Below are positions 20,086 through 30,488 of a stretch of DNA of 64,000 nucleotides, in pieces. The position numbers and the translations under genes were made by a program. The stretch is taken from the IMG/VR virus record IMGVR_UViG_3300031867_000010, positions 1-64,000 of that record, one strand, 5' to 3'. The DNA is from a virus. Lineage: Duplodnaviria; Caudoviricetes. The notes under the pieces were generated by a model. It searched no databases and was not told the DNA's origin. It was given only the letters and a program-made list of their open reading frames with translations. Each line of letters starts with the position of its first letter. The stretch's first letter is position 1.

Positions 20086-21348
20086 ATGGCTAATCTGTAC
20101 GGATTTTTCGGTAATACTGTTTATCGAATGTCAACACGAAATCAGATACCCAAATTGATATCTAATTTTGATTCATCCACAATAGTAAAAGTAAATGAAT
20201 CAAATAATACAGTCACAGCAGCAATAAAGCTTAATTCTATGGATTTTACATTGGATGAAGCTAATGAAATATTATATGATAAAATGCTTGACTTTTTAAG
20301 AAGACAATCAGTAAAATATATTGATACACTTCATTATTGTTTTAAAATAGCCTTAGATTATACTGTAAGTGATGCTGTTGGAAATATCTTGGATAGTGGT
20401 ATAAGATATGTAAATGCTGATGCTGAAGATTGCTACATTTTATTACCAATGGATGAAGCAACCAATATAATGCCTTATAGGAGAGCTCAGTGTGTTAAAA
20501 GACGTATCGAACTTTCCAAGTGTGGTGGTGCTCAATATGGAGTACTTGACCAACAAGTGACAACTTGTACTTTCAAGATCAATTCAATAAAATTATATGC
20601 AAATACAACAGATGAAGGTAGTCCAACATTTATAAGAAAGCTTGGAGTATCAGCAGAAAATATGACATTCCCATATGCATCTTCAACAGTATCAACTATG
20701 ACAAATACTTCAATATTGCTTTTTGATACTTTATTATATGATATTAGTTTTGATCCAGTTGTTATTCCCAATAGACCAACATATATATTGGTAGACATTT
20801 ATATGCTTCTTAATAATTTTTGTAATGTTGGGAATGATACTGCTATATGGGAAATTGTGAGTGAAAACGGTGGAATAGCATCAAGTGCTAAATATATTTT
20901 TGATGAAGGATTCCCACCAAGGGGTCCTTTTGATCCTATTGTAGAGAGACGTCCTTGTCCTGGAGATTTATATTATCCATACGGACGCATGGTTCCACCA
21001 CCACCTCCACCAAAACCAGGGAAATTCCCTCCAGGGGTTCCACCTTATTGCGATCCAAAAAATACAAATATAATTAAGAAACCATTAATTAGTGGTGATA
21101 ATTGGGACGATCAACAAAGTGTTAGTCCTGTTCCCACTTACAACCAAGCTCATGGTGAATTCCATACCGAATGGTGCATGGCAAATTCATATGATGATGA
21201 AAGTGTCAAATTCAAGGTTGTTTCTGATAATATTTCAGATAGCGAGTTTGATGCTCTTACAATGGTTAAGTACTCAGAAGTTGTAACATATATCTCTGAT
21301 GTTCAGATTGGTGATTATGTAAAACAGTTTGATGTGCTTTATTACTAA
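20086..21348 (+). CDS. Hypothetical (probable virion) protein with proline-rich segment
   Basis: ATG at 20086 after AAGGA. Contains PPPPPPKPGKFPPGVPP. Confidence 0.7.
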   Translation: MANLYGFFGNTVYRMSTRNQIPKLISNFDSSTIVKVNESNNTVTAAIKLNSMDFTLDEANEILYDKMLDFLRRQSVKYIDTLHYCFKIALDYTVSDAVGNILDSGIRYVNADAEDCYILLPMDEATNIMPYRRAQCVKRRIELSKCGGAQYGVLDQQVTTCTFKINSIKLYANTTDEGSPTFIRKLGVSAENMTFPYASSTVSTMTNTSILLFDTLLYDISFDPVVIPNRPTYILVDIYMLLNNFCNVGNDTAIWEIVSENGGIASSAKYIFDEGFPPRGPFDPIVERRPCPGDLYYPYGRMVPPPPPPKPGKFPPGVPPYCDPKNTNIIKKPLISGDNWDDQQSVSPVPTYNQAHGEFHTEWCMANSYDDESVKFKVVSDNISDSEFDALTMVKYSEVVTYISDVQIGDYVKQFDVLYY

Positions 21349-21366
21349 TTTTTTGGAGTAAGGAAT

Positions 21367-21636
21367 ATGTATAAAAATATTATAATATCATTACCTTTAG
21401 AGTCTTACGATTATTCAAATGCTAGAGAGACAACTATAGAAGCTATTAAATCTTCCAAATTGGAATATGAGAATAATTCTGATAATGTAAAAGTATTTAA
21501 TATATCAGTAGATGATATGTATGATATAATTGAAATTCATACTCAATTACCAGTTCTTATATTAAATACTACTATCATTTGTAAAAAAGATAATGATGAT
21601 GTTGTTATAACATTTCCATTTGAAAACTCAAAATAA
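21367..21636 (+). CDS. Small hypothetical protein
   Basis: GGAG/AAGGA RBS, 89 aa. Confidence 0.65.
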   Translation: MYKNIIISLPLESYDYSNARETTIEAIKSSKLEYENNSDNVKVFNISVDDMYDIIEIHTQLPVLILNTTIICKKDNDDVVITFPFENSK

Positions 21637-21638
21637 AA

Positions 21639-21684
21639 AAGAATACATAGAAAGGAATATGTTAAATCCTTTCTATGTATTCTT
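21639..21684. terminator. Bidirectional terminator between convergent genes
   Basis: 18-bp inverted repeat AAGAATACATAGAAAGGA/TCCTTTCTATGTATTCTT. Confidence 0.75.
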
Positions 21685-21701
21685 AAACCCTCTGATGGAT
21701 T

Positions 21702-22772
21702 TTAAACAGCAACTTCAAATTTTATATTGCTTACTGGATAATAATCTTCAACTGTAATGTCATCTATTTTATAATCAAAGAAATTATCTTTATTAGCAAT
21801 TTTAACAACTGGGACTGATTCGTAAATCTTAATTATATCTAAACCAGGTTTATCAAAAAGCAATGATTCTAATCTACTATTGACTTTTCTAAATATATCT
21901 AAGACATTATTCACTTCATTATCATTACTACTAGCATTAGCTCTTTCTTCCAAATAATTCATAAAATTATCCATATTATAATTTTCATAAAATTTATCTT
22001 TAATTCTCTCATCTATTGTAGAAAAATCTGTTATATCATTTATTTTATAATCGTTTGAAAGTTTGCCAATCAAGTTTGTTCTAAATTGCCCTACAGTATT
22101 TAACAAAGTATAGTTTGTGCAAAGTTCATCAGCACTTTCAATTTGATTAACATAAATATGACAGTCAGCAATACAGAAAGTCATTATTCCTGGTTTACAT
22201 CCAAGATGCCTTGCAAACAAATTATTGAGAATATAATACTGAAATATATTAAATACTCCACCTACAAGAATATCACAACTTCTGCTTGTAACAAGACAAT
22301 TAAGTTGATTACCCACAATATCCCATGTACTTGTATATACACAAGGAGTTATAACCATATCTTCCAAATCAGCATTATTCCACAAATCAATAACACATCT
22401 TCTCGATGATGGATCACTTTTTAAAGTATTTAAAACTCTATTTACCTGATCGAATTTTTTTATTTGGTATCCGTAAGTTTTCTGCACAATACCATTCTCA
22501 TCAGCCCAATCATCCCATATATGAGGATTAAGATCGTGTATATCATTACTACCATCTCTAAATATCCAAAACAGTTCCTCAATCGCAGACTTCCAAAACA
22601 CCTTTCTACTTTTTAATAATGGTGCTTTTAACAAATCATTGCAGTCTAATTGAAATATAACATTACTAAGTCTCTTAGTTAATATTCCAGTTCTTTTATT
22701 CAAATCATTGTAACCATGTTGTGCAATATTAAATATCACACTCATATAATTACTTTCGTTTTTAGAAATCAT
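21702..22772 (-). CDS. thyA: Thymidylate synthase (ThyA) with ~95-aa insertion
   Basis: RTG, EELFW, IWDDWAD, YGYQ, DPSSRR, PC (catalytic Cys), RSCD, FN, D.HIY and C-terminal VAV. Start at 22772 by AGGAGG RBS. Confidence 0.92.
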   Translation of the reverse strand: MISKNESNYMSVIFNIAQHGYNDLNKRTGILTKRLSNVIFQLDCNDLLKAPLLKSRKVFWKSAIEELFWIFRDGSNDIHDLNPHIWDDWADENGIVQKTYGYQIKKFDQVNRVLNTLKSDPSSRRCVIDLWNNADLEDMVITPCVYTSTWDIVGNQLNCLVTSRSCDILVGGVFNIFQYYILNNLFARHLGCKPGIMTFCIADCHIYVNQIESADELCTNYTLLNTVGQFRTNLIGKLSNDYKINDITDFSTIDERIKDKFYENYNMDNFMNYLEERANASSNDNEVNNVLDIFRKVNSRLESLLFDKPGLDIIKIYESVPVVKIANKDNFFDYKIDDITVEDYYPVSNIKFEVAV

Positions 22773-22838
22773 CCTTACTATCCTCCTATTTATCATATAA
22801 AATATGCACAGTTTAATGTCGTGTGCGGACATAACTAT

Positions 22839-23012
22839 TTAGCAAGTACAGAAATTCAAGATATCTATTTTCTGTCCTTTTGTTATAGCAAAAGATTTAT
22901 TTAAATAACCAGTATCTCTATCAATAACCGAATATCTGGGATCAAATTTTCTAAACATATGTTTTATATTATCATCCATTAACCCCAGTATATTCAGTTC
23001 ATCCCCATCAAA
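22839..23012 (-). CDS. RNA polymerase beta' subunit (N-terminal half), exon 2
   Basis: Reads FDGDELNILGL...NFCTC*, which completes the NADFDGD catalytic motif. Not in the ORF track. Confidence 0.9.
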   Translation of the reverse strand, partial: FDGDELNILGLMDDNIKHMFRKFDPRYSVIDRDTGYLNKSFAITKGQKIDILNFCTC

Positions 23013-23440
23013 CGTTATGTCAAATAACCATATGATTATTTAACCAAGAATTTTCAATCTTGACTGGACTATATCTTCACCCATTCTAAATAAAAACATA
23101 AAATGGGGTTGTGCGCTTCGAGATTGACCCACAAATCAATCCCTACCTTATTGATTTAACAACTCAATAAGTCGATATTTCTCAATGTCATTATATACTA
23201 GATATTTTACATTTTTGAAATAACGATAAATAGTCTCTACACCTTCATTATTTATTTTGATAGTATAAATAAAGCTTGGCACGGTATCACCATATCCATT
23301 AAGGACTTAGGCTCTCTTATCACTTTAATCTTTCGATTTAGTTGACCGTTAGCCTATCTAAAATGATAGACACCTCTTGTTAAGAGTTCACACAATTCTA
23401 TTATCCATATTACTATGGATAACGGACCTTGATTTGGCTG
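23013..23440 (-). ncRNA. Group I intron (428 nt, no ORF) in RNAP beta'
   Basis: P1 GCGGAU/GUCCGU with U.G, P10 AUCAAG/UUUGAU, R GUAGAGACUA, S AAGAUAUAGUCC and terminal G. Removing it restores NAD-FDGD in frame. Confidence 0.93.
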
Positions 23441-24670
23441 ATCCGCATTAGTTCCTGGTAATATTGCAAAAGGTAAAGACATAACATATGTGTCAGAATC
23501 TGGAAATATATTCCTTATACACATACGTATTAATGAATAAAAATTAAGTGTAGGATTTCTATTAATCATTACCATAGGTTTCTCTTTTTCAATCATAAGT
23601 TTCATTATTTTATAGATCTTTGGATCAAAATTAAATCCATTTTCCCATACAGCATTAGCTTTTGCCAATGAAATATCATATATCTTCATCAAGTAGTATA
23701 TTATTTTGAATTTGTACATAATATAAATACACGAATACGACAAATCAACCTCATATTCTCTGAGAGATGGGTCTGGTATAATAACGCTACGTGATGTGAA
23801 ATTAAGAGAACCTCCTGTAAGCTGATCTCTAATAAGACCATCTTTTCCATCAATTAAATTAAAATTATAATCCCACGCTTTGCTTAACTTATTTTGAATA
23901 CTACCAAGTATTGCAGGTATTTCAATTTCATTAGCATTCTTTAAAAGTCTTGAATGACTTACAAGAGTATTATATATTTTATCAATGCCTGTGAAATAAA
24001 AATCCTCGACAGTCGATGCTTGCTGTCTTAATGCAGTTGTATACACTGGAATATGGCTTGTAAACACTTTAAGTCTTTCTTTCCTTATGAGTTTAAAAGT
24101 ATCTGATTTATTAGGCTTTTTCTTCTCAAAATAAGACATGATTTCATCAAAACGCATTCTAAACTCATCAGTCCCTATTCCATAAAAAGGAGTTTTAGGA
24201 TCATAGACTTTTGATTCATCGTAATTTAGTGAATGTCTTTTACCATCTCTGTCAACCCTCTTTTTAGTATAAGCAATTTCATTTAACTCTGTTTCTCCAA
24301 AAGCATTCTGCAAAATCTTAAAATAATGAGGTGAAATTACTTTATGCTGCCCAAGAGAAATCCATCCAGTCATTCTAGGATTTATATCTCTAAACTCAAC
24401 CTTTGTGTGACATTTTGGGCATTCTTCATCTTTAAAAAGTATTCCTCTAAATTCACCACATTCGCACCTGTATCTTTCACCATATCCTCGCTCATCTGTT
24501 ATTGAAGTTCCATACAACGGAGATTGCGGACCATTTAATGATCTTTTCTTTTCATCGTCAATATTTATTTCTGGTGGATCTGTTATGAAAAATCCTGTAT
24601 TATTGACAATATCCAAAAAGCATTCAACATCAAAATTTAGTCTTTCAACCTCAACTCTTTGTTTACCCAT
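23441..24670 (-). CDS. RNA polymerase beta' subunit (N-terminal half), exon 1; spliced product 467 aa
   Basis: Zn-binding RCECG..CPKC, NFTSRSVI, NRNPTL and NAD. The early motif at 24718-24725 suggests a non-virion RNAP. Confidence 0.9.
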
Positions 24671-24804
24671 TATTTTCCTCCTTACAACATCAATATATTT
24701 GTGCTTTGCACGTATAAATAATATATCTACATATTGATAAAACTTTATAGTTTAGTTATTTCATTTATAAAGTTTTAAAATAAAGTGTAAAAGTAGTGAT
24801 TGAA

Positions 24805-24816
24805 AACAATAAACTA
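24805..24816 (+). promoter_or_regulatory. Putative late promoter AACA-N6-TA
   Basis: AACAataaacTA upstream of the prohead protease. Same motif precedes most structural genes and matches the AR9 late consensus. Confidence 0.6.
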
Positions 24817-24849
24817 AGTATCAAAAATTAAGAAAGGGGTGTTATCATA

Positions 24850-25773
24850 ATGGCTAACATACCTCCCCAACTAGGGTTGGATTCAACAAACAATATAGGT
24901 CTTATGTTTCTGGCAGAACAAGTTTCTCCAGAAAATAACTTTGTGAAGAACTTATCATGTGGACAAGTTGCTGGTACTCAATTTGCTGAATTTCATACGA
25001 TATTACAAAGTTTTGATTCGCTTAATAGAAATAATAGAAGATATTATGGTCCTAATATAGCTGAGATGTTAAAAGCAGAAAGAATACTGACTATGTTAAA
25101 AACAAATGCTTGGTATGGTGAGATGGATCATCCATATGAAAATATCAATGGACAAAAACTTACTCCAGAAAGACTTCAGACAATAGAAATGAGTAGAAGA
25201 AGTCATAAAATTTTAAACCCAGAAGTTAAGGGAAATCTTATGTACGCTACTATTCAAACTGCATCTGGAACTGAATGGGGTAGAGGAATGTGTTCAGAAA
25301 TACTTCAAGGACTTATACCTTCATTTAGCTGTAGAGCTATTGCAGGAATTCAAGATGTTAATGGCAAACCATATGTTATTGTAAGAAAGCTTATTACATA
25401 TGACTGGGTTCTTTATCCTTCTCATAAAGAAGCTAATATGGATAGTACACCAAAATTTGTAACTAAAACATCTACCAATTTTACTGCAACAGAATCAGTA
25501 TCTAATTCAAATAACAATAATTGCTATACAGATATTAGATCAAAATATACCCAAGATATTAAAATTGCTCTCAAGGATATATTTGATTACATAACTGATA
25601 AAGATGAAAATACAAAAGCTATTATGGAATCTTTTGATTTAAAGAAAGAAGACTTAATAGGTTTTGACAAATCAAAACAACATGCAATAATAAGAGACAG
25701 AAACAATCTTATTTATGCAAATATATCTGCAAGAACAAAAAATGAAGTTACTGACTTTCTAAGTTCATTCTAA
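24850..25773 (+). CDS. Prohead core protease (T4 gp21-like)
   Basis: NRNNRRY, GEMDHP (catalytic His), SFSCRA (catalytic Ser), ITYDWVLYPSH. Confidence 0.85.
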   Translation: MANIPPQLGLDSTNNIGLMFLAEQVSPENNFVKNLSCGQVAGTQFAEFHTILQSFDSLNRNNRRYYGPNIAEMLKAERILTMLKTNAWYGEMDHPYENINGQKLTPERLQTIEMSRRSHKILNPEVKGNLMYATIQTASGTEWGRGMCSEILQGLIPSFSCRAIAGIQDVNGKPYVIVRKLITYDWVLYPSHKEANMDSTPKFVTKTSTNFTATESVSNSNNNNCYTDIRSKYTQDIKIALKDIFDYITDKDENTKAIMESFDLKKEDLIGFDKSKQHAIIRDRNNLIYANISARTKNEVTDFLSSF

Positions 25774-25797
25774 TATTTGAAAGGGGGTTACTTTATA

Positions 25798-27243
25798 ATG
25801 ATACAAGAAAAACTTGGAGAAATGGCTACCAACGCTGCAAATGTTGTTGGTAATACTATTAGAAATAAACTGACAGATGCTCAACTAAGTGATGCTTCAG
25901 CTTTGTTTGGTAAAGCAAGGGCTGAATTAAAACGTAAAGGTTTTGATATATTAAGAGATGCTAATGGAAAATTTGTGTATGTACCACATGGTAAAGAAAC
26001 GTTTTCCCAAAGGCATGCTAGAAGAAAAGAAGAAAGAGCACATAAAAAAGAATATAAAAACTTCATAAAGGGAAAAACTAAGGATGGATTAAATACAATT
26101 TCAGATATCAAATCTGATTTGTCTCAAGCTAATGCTGATAAACAAGCCATAATTCATCAGATGTTTGGAAACCGTATGAAGGGTGTCACAAGTGATGTTG
26201 AAGCAAATGGTGCTAAATATCACATGAAAAAATTAAATAAAAGAATAGATGAGGATACAAATAAACTTGGAAGCAGAGGAATTGGAGTTTATATACCATC
26301 TCCTAATTCTAAAAACAAAAATATTCGTTATAGTGAAGGAGTTGAAAATACAATGCTTACTACAAGTACAATAGATAGAATGGAAAATGATATTTTTATG
26401 GAATCTGAGAATAACCAAATATCAGATAATTTCAGAGATTATATGTATGCGTATTTAGAGCAGGTTAGATACACATTGGAACGAGACGAGGCACTTTCAG
26501 AAATTGTGATGGAAGAACTTAACAATAGAAGAAATGTAATGTGTGAGGCTGTTGAAGATAGGTTTTATAACGGTGATATCTCAAGAAGAGAAGCTCAGTA
26601 TTTGCTTGAACAGGCTGATGATATGTCTAGTTATGACATCGTGTATCCTGAGGATATTCCTGCTATCGTTAATGCATATCTTGAAGCTTCAAGATATGAT
26701 GATGAAGATACTATGATGAGATTATCTTCACTTCTTGAATCAGCAAATTATATAAAAGACAGAATGGATGAACTTGGTTATTATACTGAAGCAGAAGATG
26801 ATGATACTGACAGCGATAGTGCTGACGACGATGACTCAAGTAGTGATGATGACGATCCATTTTCAATAGCTGATAAACTCGATGAGCTCAAAATCACTCT
26901 TACAGATAAAGAAAAAGAACTTATTGAAAAGATTGACGAAGATATCAAAAAAGCATATGAAAAAAATAAAAAGGGTGATAAAGACGATAGTGATGATAGC
27001 GACGATGATGATTCAAGTAGTGATGATAGTGGCGATGATGATAGCGACGATGATGATTCAAGTAGTAAATCAACATCAGAAAGTGTTAAAGAGATCTTTG
27101 AATCAGTTGAAATAGATAATGAACCAAATTATGCTATGACTGATAAAATGGTAGATTATCTGAAAGAATCTGTTTACGATGGAACTTATGATTTAGAAGA
27201 CGCTAGGCGTGTTTTAGAGATGATAGATATTTACGAATCTTAA
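25798..27243 (+). CDS. Putative scaffold / internal head protein
   Basis: Follows the protease gene. Basic N-half, very acidic D/S tracts and many xxE(A/S) sites. Confidence 0.55.
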   Translation: MIQEKLGEMATNAANVVGNTIRNKLTDAQLSDASALFGKARAELKRKGFDILRDANGKFVYVPHGKETFSQRHARRKEERAHKKEYKNFIKGKTKDGLNTISDIKSDLSQANADKQAIIHQMFGNRMKGVTSDVEANGAKYHMKKLNKRIDEDTNKLGSRGIGVYIPSPNSKNKNIRYSEGVENTMLTTSTIDRMENDIFMESENNQISDNFRDYMYAYLEQVRYTLERDEALSEIVMEELNNRRNVMCEAVEDRFYNGDISRREAQYLLEQADDMSSYDIVYPEDIPAIVNAYLEASRYDDEDTMMRLSSLLESANYIKDRMDELGYYTEAEDDDTDSDSADDDDSSSDDDDPFSIADKLDELKITLTDKEKELIEKIDEDIKKAYEKNKKGDKDDSDDSDDDDSSSDDSGDDDSDDDDSSSKSTSESVKEIFESVEIDNEPNYAMTDKMVDYLKESVYDGTYDLEDARRVLEMIDIYES

Positions 27244-27260
27244 TGATTTTATGTAAAAAA

Positions 27261-27298
27261 ATAACCTAGAGAACTGATATAAAAAGTTCTCTAGGTTA
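27261..27298. terminator. Bidirectional terminator
   Basis: TAACCTAGAGAACT/AGTTCTCTAGGTTA inverted repeat. Confidence 0.7.
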
Positions 27299-27340
27299 AT
27301 TACCGCAAAACAGCACAAGTTTGTTAGAAATTGTTAGAAA

Positions 27341-27514
27341 TTATAACTCAAAATCTTTAAAATATTTTTTTCCGTTCTTATAACCTTTATCTGCAAATAC
27401 ACTTACAATAATTGAAATTACATAACCAATTACTGCAAATCCAACAAGATATGGTACAGACCTAATTACAGAACCTATAACTTCACCTATTGCATTACAA
27501 AATTTTTTAAACAT
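27341..27514 (-). CDS. Small membrane protein (57 aa)
   Basis: MFKKFCNAIGEVIGSVIRSVPYLVGFAVIGYVISIIVSVFADKG...FEL. AGGAGG RBS and TATATTAT at 27568-27575. Below the ORF-track cutoff. Confidence 0.75.
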   Translation of the reverse strand: MFKKFCNAIGEVIGSVIRSVPYLVGFAVIGYVISIIVSVFADKGYKNGKKYFKDFEL

Positions 27515-27661
27515 TTTTGTTTCCTCCTTAGATTAAAATTATTTTGTTTGTACATTTGTACAAACTTATAATATATCAATATAACGCAAATACTATATTC
27601 ACGTTATATTATGGTTAAAAACATTATTTTAAATAATTAAAGTATTATAAAGGAGGTAAGT

Positions 27662-30430
27662 ATGGCAACTACTAAAAGATTACATACTGAATTTACTAAT
27701 ATACTTGAAAATGGTGATAAGAATGTCTTGTATTTAAAGAATACAGTTAAAGATGTTGTTACAGGCGATAAATCAAATATAAGTATAGAAGGAAAGATTT
27801 TATTTAGTGGTGAATGTAGCACAAGTGGATATACTGTAGCTAAAAGTGTTACTATAAATGGTTTCTCTTTAGTCAGTGGTGCTCATTTGACAGTAAAATT
27901 TATAAATGGAATAAGCGTTGCTAATTCTACTCTTAGTGTGAATTCATCAACAGCTATTCCTATTTATTTAAACGGTGAAAGACTTGAAGCAAATGTAATT
28001 AAATCCAATTCATATGTAACTTTAATGTATGATGGAAGTAGATTTAATATAGTTTCATCGGTAGGTGGTGGTGATATTAGTAAAACATTAACACCAAATA
28101 CAAAGCTTTATATACTTGGTTCAAGTCTTCCAAGTAATGAAGACAGTTTGAAAGAAATCCAATATGTATCTACTGCTTATATTGATACTGATGGAAGTGT
28201 TCATGCATCATCACTTTATGGTGATGGATCACACATAACAAACATTGACGCTAGTAATATTACAGGAAATATTGGCTCTACAAGCTTATCCAATTCTGGT
28301 GTTACTGCTGGTCAGTATGGAGATAATTCATCAAATACAAATATAACTTTGAGTAATGCAAGTAGAAATATATCAGTCCCTTCATTCAATGTAAATTCCA
28401 AAGGACTGATAACAAATGCTCAAACAAAAACATATACAATACCAAGAATTCCAGATAACATGGTTTACTATGGGACATGTAGTGATTTTAATTTAGAAGA
28501 GCATGAGGATGAGAATATTGATGGTACAGTAACCATGAATATATCAATTTCAGATAATACATTCACACTTAGAAATGGTATATCTATTGTTGTACAAATG
28601 CCAGAAATATATGGAGATTATAATGGTGTATATTTTGAAACTGGAAGTGCATATCATTTTGATGTCACGATGGGTTTAAGTGCACCAGGTTATTCCACTA
28701 CATTTCATAACATAGGATATATGGATTACGGAAATTTTATAAAAGGATTCCCACCAAGTTTGTCTTATATACCACATATATCAAAGACTCCAATCGTCTT
28801 AACATATGATTCAAGTAGTAATAATTTTTTACTAAACTCATTTGCTGGGGATTGGTCTACTACTGATATAGGAATTTTAGAAGCTCTTGGTAGAGCTTAT
28901 TATGATGGATTGCAAAACTTAGATCATAATGGAGTTACTCACTATGCAGAATGTATTGAATTTAATAGTTCCAATAATCTTTTCACATTAACATTGAATG
29001 ATGCTAGTTATAGTGGTAATTATGCAAGTAAACCTATTTTCTTTTATTCTAGGTTTTCATCTTTTGATGATGATTTTGACAATGAAAGTGATAACGGAGT
29101 CAAAATTAGGTTTTGTCAAAATACTACAAGTGGATCAAAAATTTACTCGAATCCAATTCAATTACTATATAGAAATCCTAGCTATGGAAATAGTAATGAT
29201 GTTGGAATTAAATATGATTTAACCAACAACTATAATATGTTTGTACTTGTTGGTAGAGAAGCTTATATTATTGGTTCTCAATGGGATCAAAATAAAATCT
29301 CAACTATTGAAACTAGCTTGAATAATCTAAATGATTATAGATATATAGATGGTGTTAAATTCACACAAAATTATACAACACATTTTGCCACAGTTTCCAG
29401 TACGGATTATTCTAATAATTCAATGACGATAAGTTTTTCAAATGAGGTTGACAGTACATATCCAATACTGTTTTATGCTGCTCTTGGAAAAAATAATATT
29501 AATTCTATGAACCATGCGTCACCTGTTTATATAAAAATAAATGGATTTACTGGCTCAACAAATTCATTTCCTTTAACTATACCTGGAGCTACAGAGATGT
29601 ATGTTGGAGATTATTATGATTTTGACAAATATCATTTATTTATGATATATAGCTACCATACGTATGTATTAGGCAGCACGGAGATGCAACTTCTAAATGA
29701 ATTTAGTGATTATTATTCTTCAACGTCTCCTTATATAAGATCTTATAATGATATGGCTCTTAGTGCTAGTGCTGGAATAGGATTAGATACTAGATTAAAA
29801 GCGATCGAAAACGTATATGTAAGTAATGATACAAAGTACTATCAAACCTTAGGAACCAAATCGGAGTACAACCAAGTTTCGACACAACTTGGTAATAAAA
29901 ATAGTAGTTATGTCTCAAGGTCTTACATTGAAAATTCTAACAATGTATATGAAGAATTTTTAACAATACTTCTTAGAGGTAGTAGTGTGAGAGGAGATAT
30001 CGGATTTTTTTTAGATGGTAGCTCTGTAACTGATTTTACTAGATATTTTAGATTTAGTACAAACGCTTCTTCTGGTTTTCATTTTGATAAAGATATTATA
30101 ACTAGCTCTAATGTAGGTGCAGTATCATTTAACCAGACTTCATCAAGAAAATACAAAGAAAATATAATTGATATGCCTGATGATGTTGGAAGAGAAATAC
30201 TTTCTTTAAATCCTGTTGTATTTGATTATAAGGATGGTAGAAAAGATTGCAAAGGTCTTATTGCAGAAGATGCTTATGAAATAGATAAATACCAAGTTTC
30301 CTGTAATGAAGACAATGAACCTGATTCTATTGATTATAGTAAATATGTGGCTCAGTTAATAAAAATGGTACAAATTCAACAAAAAGAAATAGATCAACTT
30401 AAAAAAGATATTCAAGAATTAAAAGGATAA
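27662..30430 (+). CDS. Tail fibre protein with C-terminal S74 intramolecular chaperone
   Basis: C-terminal SSRKYKENI...GLIAED...IDY..YVAQLIK plus coiled coil. Repeated beta-rich modules, AGGAGG RBS, late motif at 27620-27631. Confidence 0.85.
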   Translation: MATTKRLHTEFTNILENGDKNVLYLKNTVKDVVTGDKSNISIEGKILFSGECSTSGYTVAKSVTINGFSLVSGAHLTVKFINGISVANSTLSVNSSTAIPIYLNGERLEANVIKSNSYVTLMYDGSRFNIVSSVGGGDISKTLTPNTKLYILGSSLPSNEDSLKEIQYVSTAYIDTDGSVHASSLYGDGSHITNIDASNITGNIGSTSLSNSGVTAGQYGDNSSNTNITLSNASRNISVPSFNVNSKGLITNAQTKTYTIPRIPDNMVYYGTCSDFNLEEHEDENIDGTVTMNISISDNTFTLRNGISIVVQMPEIYGDYNGVYFETGSAYHFDVTMGLSAPGYSTTFHNIGYMDYGNFIKGFPPSLSYIPHISKTPIVLTYDSSSNNFLLNSFAGDWSTTDIGILEALGRAYYDGLQNLDHNGVTHYAECIEFNSSNNLFTLTLNDASYSGNYASKPIFFYSRFSSFDDDFDNESDNGVKIRFCQNTTSGSKIYSNPIQLLYRNPSYGNSNDVGIKYDLTNNYNMFVLVGREAYIIGSQWDQNKISTIETSLNNLNDYRYIDGVKFTQNYTTHFATVSSTDYSNNSMTISFSNEVDSTYPILFYAALGKNNINSMNHASPVYIKINGFTGSTNSFPLTIPGATEMYVGDYYDFDKYHLFMIYSYHTYVLGSTEMQLLNEFSDYYSSTSPYIRSYNDMALSASAGIGLDTRLKAIENVYVSNDTKYYQTLGTKSEYNQVSTQLGNKNSSYVSRSYIENSNNVYEEFLTILLRGSSVRGDIGFFLDGSSVTDFTRYFRFSTNASSGFHFDKDIITSSNVGAVSFNQTSSRKYKENIIDMPDDVGREILSLNPVVFDYKDGRKDCKGLIAEDAYEIDKYQVSCNEDNEPDSIDYSKYVAQLIKMVQIQQKEIDQLKKDIQELKG

Positions 30431-30435
30431 AAAAA

Positions 30436-30475
30436 AAATAACTAAGATAAGTCATACGACTTATCTTAGTTATTT
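30436..30475. terminator. Bidirectional terminator
   Basis: 18-bp perfect inverted repeat between convergent genes. Confidence 0.75.
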
Positions 30476-30488
30476 ACCAACTTAATTA

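Noticed and set aside
21830-22115. Intein in ThyA
   Set aside because: No HN-(C/S/T) end or recognisable intein blocks
23013-23440. Homing endonuclease inside the introns
   Set aside because: The two complete introns (428 and 312 nt) have no sizeable ORF. The beta intron is truncated by the window, so it cannot be judged.
26790-27070. GAT/GAC-rich tandem repeats as a DNA-level element (also ~45290-45400)
   Set aside because: Explained by Asp/Ser- and Asp/Tyr-rich protein tracts with mixed codons
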